From Nymphaea colorata (Eukaryota), in assembly GCF_008831285.2 (NCBI RefSeq), contig NC_045138.2, forward strand, positions 33,604,001 to 33,668,000: a stretch of DNA of 64,000 nt, given 5' to 3'. Shown piece after piece: positions 34,417 through 46,535 of this stretch. The position numbers were made by a program, and so were the translations under genes. The notes under the pieces are model-generated. The model was not told where the DNA came from, searched no databases, and saw only the letters and a list, made by a program, of their open reading frames with translations. Within the stretch, counting starts at the first letter, position 1, and each line of letters opens with the position of its first letter.

Positions 34417-34450
34417 ATTAGTCATTGCATGAAATTAGTCATTGCATGAA
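34417..34450. repeat. Perfect 17-bp tandem duplication across the stop codon of EF-hand copy B
   Basis: ATTAGTCATTGCATGAA occurs at 34417-34433 and 34434-34450. Confidence 0.95.
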
Positions 34451-34789
34451 ATCTACAAGCTCTTCGGTTAAAGACTCCTCGACCAATGTCCACGATCTTC
34501 TCATCAGCTCGGGGCTGAGCCTGACCATGAGGACGCAGAACTCCATCTGGTTGAGCGAGCCGTCGCCGTCCAGGTCTCCTTCCCTCACCATCTGCACGGC
34601 TTCTTCGTCCGTCATCCCTTTCATCCCTAGCGCCGCCGCGGCGTTCCTCCTCAGGCTGTCCGGCGTGATCAGCCCCTTCTGCGGATCCATCAGAAGCCTG
34701 AACCCATTGCACAGCTCCTCCATCAGCCCTTCCGCCCCCAACTTCTCCCCCATCACCGGCAGCAGATCCTCGAAGCAGCTCTCCTCCAT
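34439..34789 (-). CDS. KIC/PBP1-like small EF-hand calcium-binding protein (116 aa, intronless), copy B
   Basis: ATG at 34789 (MEESCFEDLLPVMGEKLG...). EF loop DLDGDGSLNQME followed by FCVLMVRLSPE. By hand count, 80 of 97 aligned core residues are identical to copy A. Confidence 0.92.
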   Translation of the reverse strand: MEESCFEDLLPVMGEKLGAEGLMEELCNGFRLLMDPQKGLITPDSLRRNAAAALGMKGMTDEEAVQMVREGDLDGDGSLNQMEFCVLMVRLSPELMRRSWTLVEESLTEELVDFMQ

Positions 34790-35944
34790 GTGGGCAGCGA
34801 TCGTTTGAACCAAAACTTCAAAAACAGAGAGAGATGGATTGATTCCGGCGGGATGGGACAGAGGCAAAGTGGGGAAGGGCGCGAGGCCATAATATAGGGA
34901 AAGAATGGAAGGATGAACGAAGGATTGCCAGCCAAGTTACAGAATGTGAGGAGAGAGAGTCGGTGGTGGTGGTGGGTGTGCCTCTAGAATTCCGTGTTGA
35001 CGATTTCTTCCGCCGCTTCACCTTTTTCCTGTGAAGTTTCTCTGTTTGGCCTCGTAAACGCCTACTTGTTTGCCAATCAAAGGTTGGTTTTGACCCACTA
35101 CCGACCCTTCTTGCTTATCTAACTCCGCCTCATCCGTAATGGCAGCGCCATGGATAAAGCTCAGGCATACTTTAACTCGTCCATCTTCATGTCTTCAATT
35201 TGATTGATACCTTCCACGTTTTGCTCAAAGAACGTCAGTACCTCCATATTTTGAAAGTCAGTTCTTAGTTCTTACCAGAGCATAACTCATAATCCAGCTT
35301 GGATTCGGCTGCATGTTTGAAAGTGGATCCGGATTCGGCTATGAATTTAAAAGACAAAATTCAAATAGCATTCCATAGTGAATTTAAAATCTTGATTCAC
35401 ATATGATACAAATACTTTTTATTCATACCAATCTGAATAAGAATCAGATTATATGAACATTTTGATGAGTCAAATATGCTAACAACATTAATATTCCTGA
35501 TCACCGACCTCCAAATGGCCCCTAATTCTGACCGGATTTGGGGTCCTCTGGAACTTGCCATGAAATCGGAAAATTCTTGGTTAGCACGCAAGGATCTAGT
35601 CGGTTGAGATGACATCTTTTTCTGGAGCGTGACGTAACGGATGAGGCAACGAGCAGGTTAAAAGCAGTTTTTTACTCCAGATATTAACTTGGGACACGAA
35701 TCAGATCACAACCCCAGAAGAAGAATTCGATGTAAATGCAATATCAATGCTTGCATCCGTGCAAATTCATCATCTAAAAAAGATCATTGTAGGGATCGTA
35801 CCCTGATCCAGATCTGGATATGCTGTTCAGTTTTCAGGGTCCGGATTGGATGTTCGAACTATAATCCCATCTCCTTAGTTTGTCTAATACAGAAAGGGGG
35901 AAATTGACAAAACGTTTTAAAATGATTTAAGAAAATAAAAACCC

Positions 35945-35977
35945 ACGATCGCAAGAATGAAACTCAAAGGAATTGAC
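35945..35977 (+). other. Micro-NUPT candidate: 33-bp fragment resembling plastid 16S rRNA (not a functional rRNA gene)
   Basis: ACGATCGCAAGAATGAAACTCAAAGGAATTGAC versus chloroplast 16S as I recall it (ACGTTCGCAAGAATGAAACTCAAAGGAATTGAC): 1 mismatch. The flanks do not resemble rRNA. Confidence 0.7.
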
Positions 35978-38900
35978 AGTCCAATGCTAAGTCACAACCA
36001 TGGGGCAAGAAAGAAGTTGCAGTTTTATCTTTCTGGTTGACTTTGCCTCGTTCGGTCAAAGAACCGGGGCCCAGTAAAACAGGACTCGATCAGCGTCACG
36101 CAAGTGGTTCCAATTTGGTTTGACCATATTGTCAATGACCGAATTTAATGTTCACAACCCATTTTGCTGTCAAAGCTTTATAGCAAAGGGGATGAGAATG
36201 CTAATTAAATGGTCCGACCGATATGAAGACCGCCAACCCAAGCACATATTTTAACTTGTATACTTTGTGTTAAGAAGGAAACAACAAAAAGTATGCGCTT
36301 GTGGGTTTGACGTTGATCACCTAATCTTACTCATAGATGGGTTTGACGTTGCTCACCTACTCATAAATATCATCTATATTTAAAAGAATAAGTTTTTTTT
36401 TTTTTTTTTGTAAATGGAATTTCAAATAAAGTGCTTTAAAAATCTTTAGTTTGCGTTAATACAAATTTATCAAAAATTATTTAAATTATGTACCCTGTTT
36501 GAGCACAAATATACTTTCATTTACCCTTTTACTTTTTTGGGTTGGATATATGTAGCATAGTTGATCGGACTGGTTAGAGCTGAGAAACCGCTGCGAACGA
36601 TGAAATTGCAGTACCCAAGTTGATGGGTATACCAAACCTCACTCAAATTCTCAAAACAACCCAAGGATAGAAAGGGTGATAATAATAAAAAAAAAATAGT
36701 TAACGTGCTTTTAAAACGTGTTATTATGTTCCAATATAGAATAAAAGAAGGGATTAAATCATATTATTAATTTTTTATATTAATGAAATTGCACAAAATT
36801 TAAAATTATGACGGTAAACAGCCTTCAATCCTGATGATGGGATTCAAGGGGATGTGCGATTGAGGTGCAACAATCCGAGGGTGGGGTTGACGGAGTGGAA
36901 GAAAAACGCCGTTGTTATCAACGTGGAAAACAAAACGTCGACATTTCTTAGGCGATATCGTGTTCTCACTTGGACCGTTGACAGAATTAAGTCTGGCACA
37001 TCGATCTGTCGCAAAATGTTACTGTCCTGTTTATTAAGTCAGGCCTTCTTCCCCAATGGGTTGGTAAGGGTAATGGATAATCATATATTGGACGTTGAAC
37101 TGAAATTTGGAAAGCATAAGAACACAATTTACGTTTAAAGTGCAGTAAATTCTAGTGGGTGAAATTTTTTTCTTTTGTTTGTGTTCATGAGATCAGGACG
37201 TCCAACTAGAAATTAATGGACGGACGATTGAAAAAGAGAGACAATATAAAACTTATGACTTAACCCGGCCTAGTCATTGATTCAACTTGGATATGTATTA
37301 TAAAATTTATCTCCCATGATGTAAGTCTACGACATCTCGTTTTTCAAACAACGGTAAACATACATTTACTGTGGATGTGTCGAGCACCCCCCCTCTTGCC
37401 AATCATTGATAACATTCGAGCACATAAAAAATTTGCTGTCTTTATTCTTTAGTTTTCTGCTTTTGTATATTTTGAGTCGAGTCTGTTTGTTTTTGTTGAG
37501 GTTGCAGAGTATGCAGGAGCAAAAAGTTTCATCCATACTTTCTATATATATATATATATATATATATATGTAGAATCTCACAATCAAAGATCTCCAGGGA
37601 ACAAGGTTCTTTACCAAAGTCTTCTTTGGGAACATTTAAAGCCATCTTTTTATTTTTTCTTTGAACTGAGAATCTATGCACATTAAAATCATTTTCTTTA
37701 TGCCCTGTCTGCACTATAGAAGTGAAGTGAAGTTGGCGGAAGAAGTGACCTTTAAGCGTAAGATCTTGATTGGTCAAAACAAAGCTTCTGTGAAGCAATA
37801 TCGCCAGTACCATACTACAAAAGTGAACTAATTCTCTGACCCAATCATGTTCCGAACAGTATGAACATATGCCGATTTACACTTTAATTATAATTGAAGA
37901 GATTAGCATGAGAATCAAGCATCTATTTGCGCCAATTTAAATGAATTGTCACTATCAAACTTGCTGTTTTCAAAGAATCCTGCATGGACAAGGTCGGATT
38001 GACAAAGTTCTCTCTTCTTTGAATAATAATAATCTTTTCATGACCATGTACACTAATAATGAGCCTCTCTTGTCAATTGGTACCCTTCCCAACTGGAATT
38101 AAGCACTTTCGTTATCAAAATACCTTGAATTCTTAAGCATTGATGCCATAGTGATAATTAGTCTTTTCGATCAAGCATCATTCTGAATTGTCTACCTCGC
38201 TGATCCTCGGTTGCAGATTCTGCCAAATGTACTTTCAAAGGTGTTTTTCAGAGTTACACACTGCAGTAAAGTCGATTCCTAATGGAAGCCATGTCATTTC
38301 CTTGCTTTGTGCAGAACAATAAGTTTGTGCAAGCTTCTTCTGCTGTTTGGTATGTACTTGAGAGTTTCTTTTTCCCCACGAAGTCCACTGGTAATTCTTG
38401 TCCGAATCTATCCCGTAAAAGTAAGCAAGGAACAAGGCAAAATACTGCACCTAATCGTATGAGTTCTTTCAATTAGAATAGACAACACTAAACATGATCC
38501 CCATCTGAATGGAAGTGCGTAGGAGAGGGATGGATGTGCCTTCGGAACTAATTAAGTAAAGTTTCAACTATATTCAATTTGGGAACGAAATCAACTCTTT
38601 CTTTCACATGTATGATGTGCATATATATATATATATATACACACGTCATTCTAATGCACGCATAAAATGTTTTGAGCTCTTGGTCTCCATAAACGCGAAA
38701 GGTCTTAACTAAGTTCCAGCATCCAGTTTCATATCTCTAAATCCTAATCTGCGTATGATATCCAACTGGAGTCCGATAAAGAAGGTAACCATCAGATACG
38801 TGCTAATCGGATCTGAACTCGGTTATGCAATTCAGATTTGGTGTTTAAATCTGAATCTGAATCGGATTAATAGTCCTACTAAGTCAAATCCATTAAACTA

Positions 38901-41900
38901 CTGGACTCAACCAGATCAAATCTGACCATTTATTCCTAGTTCTATGCAGGGGGAAAAGGTGGAGGAGGTGATGAGACTGATCTTTCTGGTTGCTGGGCGA
39001 GACGTTGGCAATAAGCTTGCATGGTCAGCAGTGGAAGATGGTGGCGGGACCGCTGCCTTTCAGGGCGGAGCTGGACAGCATCTGGTCTAATCGGTTGATG
39101 CTCCAGCACATGTATAGTCTCCCAACTCATCCTTGAATTTTATTTCTCTCTTCGTGGCCTTCCACTAAAGAGTCATTTGCCAACAGTAACAAATTGTTAC
39201 TGTTAAATAAATCTCTCCAAGAAATTAATTAGGATAGAGTCACAGAACACTACGTTACAGTGTTTCATGAATCTGCTTCATTTTTGTAGGGCAAGTTTAT
39301 AGAGCATTTACAATTTGTAACCATTGCCGAATTACCACAAAGGACACTGAAAATGTTATGTTCTGGCCTGACCCAGTTCAGATCCACTGCTTACCTGAAT
39401 TGATCATTGATGTGACCGATTCTCCTTTAATTGGTGTTGATTTGAAAGTTTAAAACCAAATCCCAATTCAGCACGCATAAGTATGTTGGCAGTTACAACT
39501 TCAGGTTGAATCGGTGTTGGATCTGGAACTCTTCCACCCAGATAATAATCATCTGAAGTTGTATAAACTATGGGCTGGAGGCCCGACTCCAAAGTCCATG
39601 ATACTAGCTCGACCCTCATTGCATAATAGGGTCCAAATCCATGATAGTCTACAAAGTTGAGGCTTCCAACAAGCAAGCAGCAGGCGCACAAATTGTTGTT
39701 CTAGAAAAGAAGCTTTGCTCCTCCATCTATGTTTCAGGAAGGAACTTGACTTGTAAGAGTCAGTTTTTTGCGGCATAACTAGAGGGTTTTTGGTAACAGG
39801 AACACTGTGTTAACCCAATATTCCATAAGTATTCACTTGTTGGAACATATTCATGGAACGACTTAGTGATCACATCACCAAATACGCTTTTAAAAGGAAC
39901 GCCACAAACTTTTCACCTTTTAGTGGCAGGTTTGGAAGATGAGGTCTTGAATTTTCAAATCTGGATATATCCATGATGGGCAGGGTCCAGATCTGCGTGC
40001 TGGGTGAACGAGAGAAACAATTAGGAATGAACAGAACGGAAACTGATGAGGAAGAACATATTCTAGTTTATCCCATTCGAGTGGGTTGCCTGCCTTTGCG
40101 TTATCGTGCGATTGGGTTGTGGAAACTGAGTATTCTCGATCTGTGAAGAACTCGTTTCCGTCGAGCCATGCATCAAAGATTCGTCATTCCTTCCGCTGCA
40201 AATTTGAAGTATAAGATCTGATATGGCCTGAAACTCAATATTGTTTGTTTGACACGGTTAAGATCCGCATCATGAATAACCATCAGATGTACAGGGAGGA
40301 GATTATGATTATATCAGTCAAACAGGTGGGCATGAGATAATTAGTAATTGATTAGACTTCTTACAAGGATATTGTTATAAATGAACTGTGAACAGAGGTA
40401 TAACTTGTGATTTTATTGTCATGGGCCTCCTCCAATTTTAGTAATCTTAGACCTAACAAATGGAAGAGTTTCTGGCGTATCTGGCCTTTCAGCTTTTGGT
40501 GGGCTCTCTGAATGGCGAAGAATGATGCTTTTCTTTTCGGGACGTATCGATTTCCTTTGATAAGCTAGCTACGAAGGCAATTGCCCAACGATGTATGGGC
40601 TTCCTGTAGATCCTCAGCCACTGGTGCTTTTGGCTTCAACGTTCCATTAATGGGTCTTGCGTCGTTGTATCTTGTAATATATATATATTCTTACATTTCT
40701 TTTTCACAAGCAAATTTCTTGATCACATTGAACATGTCTATGTTACCTTCTATCTTTTCTTTTCCTCTTGGCGCCAGCAAAAAAAAATGTGAACTTCTGT
40801 TCCTCTTTAAATATTTGAGTTGTTTATTCATAACTTTATGAATGTGATAAACGTCCTTTCAGTCCTTGAATTTATTTATTGTCATTCCCTACTTGGCTAC
40901 TTCCGCAAAATCATAGCCACTGATTCAAAAAACTATCTAAAAAATAGTGTTTCCAGACGTACAATGGCTTGTAAGATAAATAAATCATTGATTACGCATG
41001 AGAATATTGTGGAAGCTGCTTGTAAAGCTCCCAGAATTATTGTTCAAAACTACCATATATTCCATATCTCTCCGTCTCTCTCTCTCTTCCCCCTTTGTAC
41101 TTTTATGTTTTGTTTCCTTCTTTTGCAGAATTTTGTAAAATCGGTGTCTCCCACTTTTGTTTTATTGTTTTATCTTCCCATAACGTCGGCCATCTCTTAT
41201 ACACACACTCACACTCACTCAAGAAAAGAAAATGGACGAATGGTGCAAGTTGGTATATATTGAACAGATGTGGTTTAGTGTCTTTAAGAAGTATAGCATC
41301 AAACCTAATATTCCCACAGAGATCAGCCTTCGATTACTATAATACAACTCTTACTTTCTCTCCGTTTACAAGGATGGCTGTTTATATATTCTCTCACACA
41401 CAAAGAGAGAGAGAGAGAGAGAACGAGAGGAGCTTTCGGATGGATGGTTTCTTTTCCATCACATCGATATGAATGACATCGCAAGACAATTCCAAAATCA
41501 GAACCTCTCTCTCCGAATAATGGGTACACCAGAAAAGAGCAGACAGTGGGGTATCCTGTAACTTCCACTACCTCATGTCAACATGTAAATTAACAAAAGT
41601 TAGATCCTCTCGCAGATTAAGCGAGATCAACAGTCCCCAATTCCGGAACTCAATCATTTCTTTTTGTTATTTCTTCTTCTTCTACAGAAAAGAATACTTT
41701 CTTCCTGTTTTCTTTAGATTCATCAGAAGACACATCCCTCCTTTCCTGCAAAATGCAGCCGCGCCCCTCCAAATATACTAAAGAAAAAGCCATAAACAAA
41801 ATGAACTTACACAACTTTATTATCACTATTTTTTTTTCCAGTTCTTTTAATCAGAATTACTACACACAGAAATTCTCTTCAACGGCCCTGAAATCTTGGC

Positions 41901-42199
41901 CGTTCTTCCATCTTTTCTTCTGTAGCTGTCCCAACGTGGACCGTCTCTGAACTGTCACCTCCCTTTTTTTCTCTTTGCTTTTTCCACCAAAGGCCACAGT
42001 CACCCTTCTCCTCGACTTCAATCTTTTCTTCTTCCTTTTTCCTTTTATCTCTCGCTTTTCCTTTCTTTACTTTTCATCCTGTCCTTCTTTTTCTTTCATT
42101 TTTAGTATTCACTCTATTCTTTTGCTTCACAACTTGCTGTAGTTTGAAGCCCGAACCTGATGAGAATTTGTTCCTCCAAGTTCTTGGCCTTTTCTTCCC

Positions 42200-45100
42200 C
42201 TATCTGTAATTCACTCCAAATGTTGGCGTCCAGAAATCTGCTGTAGCCTCGCTGGGGAACGTACTAGAGATAGGGACAAGGCAGAGTCCTCTACTCCTTA
42301 GATCTTGTTTGGGACGTTCATGGTCTTTTAATTTGTCCGAGTTCTGCAGTAAAGTGACAATAGGAAATTATATATTAGTATCCACCTGAGAAGTGATCCA
42401 TATAACAAGCCGGTTTGAGACGAGTCTAACTACGATAGCATAGACAATAAATTTCATCCCCATGCAATCAAGCCATGGCCGGTGGTTGGCGAGCACTCAC
42501 CAGTCTCTTATCAGAAACTTGGAGTTGCATAAGGAGAGTGATCAGAACCCTCCTTGTGTGTGCTCGAGTTAAACGGCGAAGCTTGTCTTAGCTAGCCGGA
42601 CTGAGCTTGTTAGCCATCTGCGGTTCGAGCTGCGCTCAAGCACAAGGAAATTTTGGACAGAAATCCTACTTCAATAGGCCAAGCTCAACTGCTTTATTGG
42701 CTTGAATCCCTTAAATATGACAACTTTAACAGGCAAAGATTAAAATCTGCTCCATGATCTCAACATTTAATTTAATAAATAAACAAACAAACTAATAAAT
42801 TATATATATATATATATTCTTAATCTTGTTAAGGCAAACCAGTCGAGTTAGACAGACTTTTAGCAGATTATGCCAACACAGACACGCCAGGAGAATTGAA
42901 CTCTTGACCGTCTTAAAAGGTTCCAAATAATTCCGTGCGGTGCAATGTCGGTGAACAATCGATGTGCAATTGCTGCCAGAACTGCACCCTATTTGAAGTG
43001 AAAACAAGGTAGAGGAGTTGTAAAGGCGTTAAAGATGATCACCTGGTGATGCTGATGCATCTGCGCTCCACTTTTCATATATGGATTGCTAAGCACCTGC
43101 AAAAATTATTTCAAGCATTAAAGGCACGGGTTTTGCCGATCTTCTGCCATAGGTGCAACTTTTTCTTTTTCTATTTTGGATAATCAAGCACTGTAAAATG
43201 CCACTTTCCGTCATAGCTTGTGGGGCAGAAGTTACACTTACATTAACTTGTTCATGGAGGAATTTGATGTACTGAATTGCTTCTTGAAGGACTGATGCCG
43301 TATCAGTCTGAGGAAAAGAAAAAAGATTGGGAATTCAGAAAAGGTAAACGCTTTTTGCATATTCATGAACAAGAAAGCAAAAGAAGAAGAAAAGGGAAGA
43401 AAAGAAAAAGGAACCAAAATCAATTGTATTCCGAGAGAAAGATGGGAGGCAAATCACCTTCCCGAAAGGTGAAACTAACTGCTGCAGCGCAGTAACTCTG
43501 TCACTTAGTTTTTCTTTCCGAACCTGTGGAGAGAAAAGAGAATGCCATGATTTTATACAGAGACACATGCAGGAAAAGAAAAGATGGTTCTTCTTTATGT
43601 TGTGTAACTGTTCCTTTACCTTGAATGCCGGCAACGGAGTTGGGGTCTCAATTCGAGGCCTTTTAAATGATTCTGTACTGCTACTTTTCTTCATATCAGG
43701 AGAGCTCACGTCGCGAATTTCTTCGGCATTCCTCTGGAAGAACAGAAGTCAAGATATTTAATAGTTTCTTTGTTCCGAACATCTCCATAAAAATTTGTCC
43801 CTCTAAGGAGTTCAATGACATAAAAAGTTAGGATCCCCATGCCTATCAATTATCATGGAGCCACCAAGTTTTGGCCTCTGGTAAGGAATGCACAACCATG
43901 GCAGATTCCAAGTCGTGATGTCTAGCTGACATCAGCCTAGCTAGCTAATAACAATTCACAAGTTTTCTCTACCAAATTACGGCCGTATCTTTGAGGTTAA
44001 CAAAGATAAATATTAACCAACTCAATGAAAAGTAAATAATTGGTGGCAATCTATGTTCCTGTTTTCTTACCTTGGAGATGATATCATGGATACTTGGCTT
44101 ATCTTCAAACGCTGGGCTGAGAAATTGTGGGGTTGGGGAAGCATATAGGGTTGGCCGAATATCTGCTGCCATGGTCGCCGTTGCATTCCAGAATGGAGCG
44201 CTATTTTGGAACTGCAATTGGCTACTTGGGTGATGTTTATGAGGTGATGAGGACGAGGAAGATGATACTGGTTTGAGAAACTGGGGGAACTTAGGCCAAG
44301 AAGGAGAAAATTCATCAGCAGGTAATGACTGTGAATTCAAACGGCAGTTCATGGTGGGCATGTTTATCAAATGAGCCTCTTGATCAAGCAACCCTTGCAG
44401 CATGGCTGAAGGGCATCCATAGCTGCTGAAGTTATTCATCGAAACATTAGTACCCCTGCCAGAGATGGAGGAGTCGCGAGAATTCAGGCGTTGTTCAAGT
44501 CCAAAGAAGCCGTTTTGTTGCATCTGCTTCATTACGTTGATGTTTGAATCTGTCCCACAAGCCCAATCCTTATGAAAGTGACCGGAACTCATTGATTGTT
44601 CTCGCCGGAAAATTGGCAGAGAGTTCAGGTCTTCCTCTTGAAGCATGGTATGCACGCTGCCCTCTGCTCTTCCACCACCACGACTGCATATATATGTGTG
44701 TGTATATTAGCCCATGCTGTCAGTAACAGGACCAGAGATAATTCGCAGTGCAAAATGCCCATCATAGCTTCAGCAATTTGTTAAAACTTCTACCACATGA
44801 TGAGGTCCTTAAAGTTTAAGCAAAGACAAAGGTATACAAACAGTCGAAAGCACAACTTTATGATAATTAGGATGCCATTGGTAAAGGATTTTTCGGCTTC
44901 AAGAGTCGTCATCTAATCATGTAAGCTTCGCCAAGCAAAATCTATGCATGGTTTGTTCATTATTCTCGGTAAATCCCATCAGAAATGGAAGGTAAAAAGG
45001 AAAAAGGAAAGTGCAACCCCTTGCTCTGCAATTACCATCCATTAATGACTTCAGATTGTGAATAAGCATATGATCTCTCAACGTCGCCCATTGGAAACTA

Positions 45101-45927
45101 AACTGTACGTGGACAAATAAACATTAATTAAGAACAATGATCTTGATGATTAAAATTCCAACACCACCATCTATGGCACTTTAGCAAACGAGTTCTTCAT
45201 TCAAAATCAGGGCATACTGTGCCAAGAAAAGGTTCTGTGTTTCTCCCCTCACAGAGATTCAAATACTGTCGATCTCCAACTGAAACGTGACTGACTTACA
45301 CTAACGTCAAAAATGGAATTTTCTTTGTGAGAAATAGTTTTCGAGCATCATGTCAAGTTCGTTGTTTTGGATATGAAGATAGATCAGCTTACGTCTTTAA
45401 TATATGGATCCCAATTTTTCAGATCTCACGTAATTCTTAAATTGTTTTTTTCGTTAACCACATAAGAAGAACTTTATTAGCGCTTGCACCCGCCCTGCAT
45501 ATTCAACTAGAAGAGTTATATTAGAGAAAAGGAACGAAACAAAAATTCAGACGACAGAACACTATGGTTCCGGTGATGTGAACACTCACATCAAAGCGTG
45601 GCCCCAGTCCGGTGCCATAGACGGCGAGAGATCGAAGCCGGCGAGCTGCAAGGGCGAATCTATGAGCACGCCGCCTGAATCCTGCTTACTGGCCTCTTGA
45701 AAGACCATGGAGCCGCCGCTGGAGACCGAGTTCGAGTGGTTGTCGACCGACTCCTCGCCGGACCTTGCCTTCACCTCTGTGATCTCGGATGGCCAGCGAA
45801 AGCTGTTGCCCAGCTCAGGCATAGGCGCCGTGGCCGCGCACAGAGAAGACGACGTGCCACCGAACCCGCCGCCACTTCTAGCCCACCAATTGCCGCTGCA
45901 GACTCCACCCTGGAGATCGTCCGCCAT
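42200..45927 (-). CDS. bHLH transcription factor, group X (bHLH112/bHLH123/bHLH103-like), 7 exons, 464 aa
   Basis: Exons 45927-45590, 44683-44071, 43733-43620, 43523-43458, 43307-43242, 43096-43043, 42343-42200 (1395 nt, all GT-AG, in frame). Motifs: N-terminal GNWW; [58 protein letters not shown]; C-terminal QDLRSRGLCLVP..ADFWTPTFG. Confidence 0.93.
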
Positions 45928-46021
45928 GGTCACCGCCTCCACTTCTTCTTCTTCTTCTTCCTTCCTTCTTCTTTAGAATTCTAATACACAAGTCCTAACG
46001 AAAAAGGATCCGACGCGTGGT

Positions 46022-46032
46022 CCTATATATAA
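46022..46032 (-). promoter_or_regulatory. Probable TATA box of the bHLH gene
   Basis: Minus-strand TTATATATAGG about 100 nt upstream of the ATG at 45927, followed by a purine-rich leader. Confidence 0.55.
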
Positions 46033-46499
46033 TCGGGAAGAGCCAATCGTACGGTGAACAAGCAACCGGCACCCTGGTTCAACCTCAACCATCATCAAGT
46101 CATCGCCCTTCTTCTTCTTCCTTCACCCTCACTCATACTAAAGTAATTAACAGATAGCCGCCTAATCTTCCTTATATTTACCGAAAACTGGCTACCGCTC
46201 CGAATACTTTCGTAAGTCTGACCAGGTTGTCGTAAATACTTTCGAATTTGCGCAACTTTTCGAAGTCCCCGTTGTCATTATTGTCAAAAGAGACACAGAA
46301 AGTTGAAGAAAGCTTTAAAAATGGAAATTCTCTCCGGCTTGTCGTCAAAGCAGTACAAATATTTTATTTATTTTTGTTCAAAAGAAATTTCTTTTAACTT
46401 TTTATTATATTCCCATTTTTTTCATCGTGCGGCATTCTTTTCTTCCGCAAGTGTTTTTATCCGGAACGCCACATCACCGTCACCAAATTCCTCCTTTTT

Positions 46500-46503
<4 letters not shown>

Positions 46504-46533
<30 letters not shown>
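46504..46533. repeat. (TC)n microsatellite upstream of the bHLH gene
   Basis: Read directly from the sequence. Confidence 0.9.
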
Positions 46534-46535
<2 letters not shown>

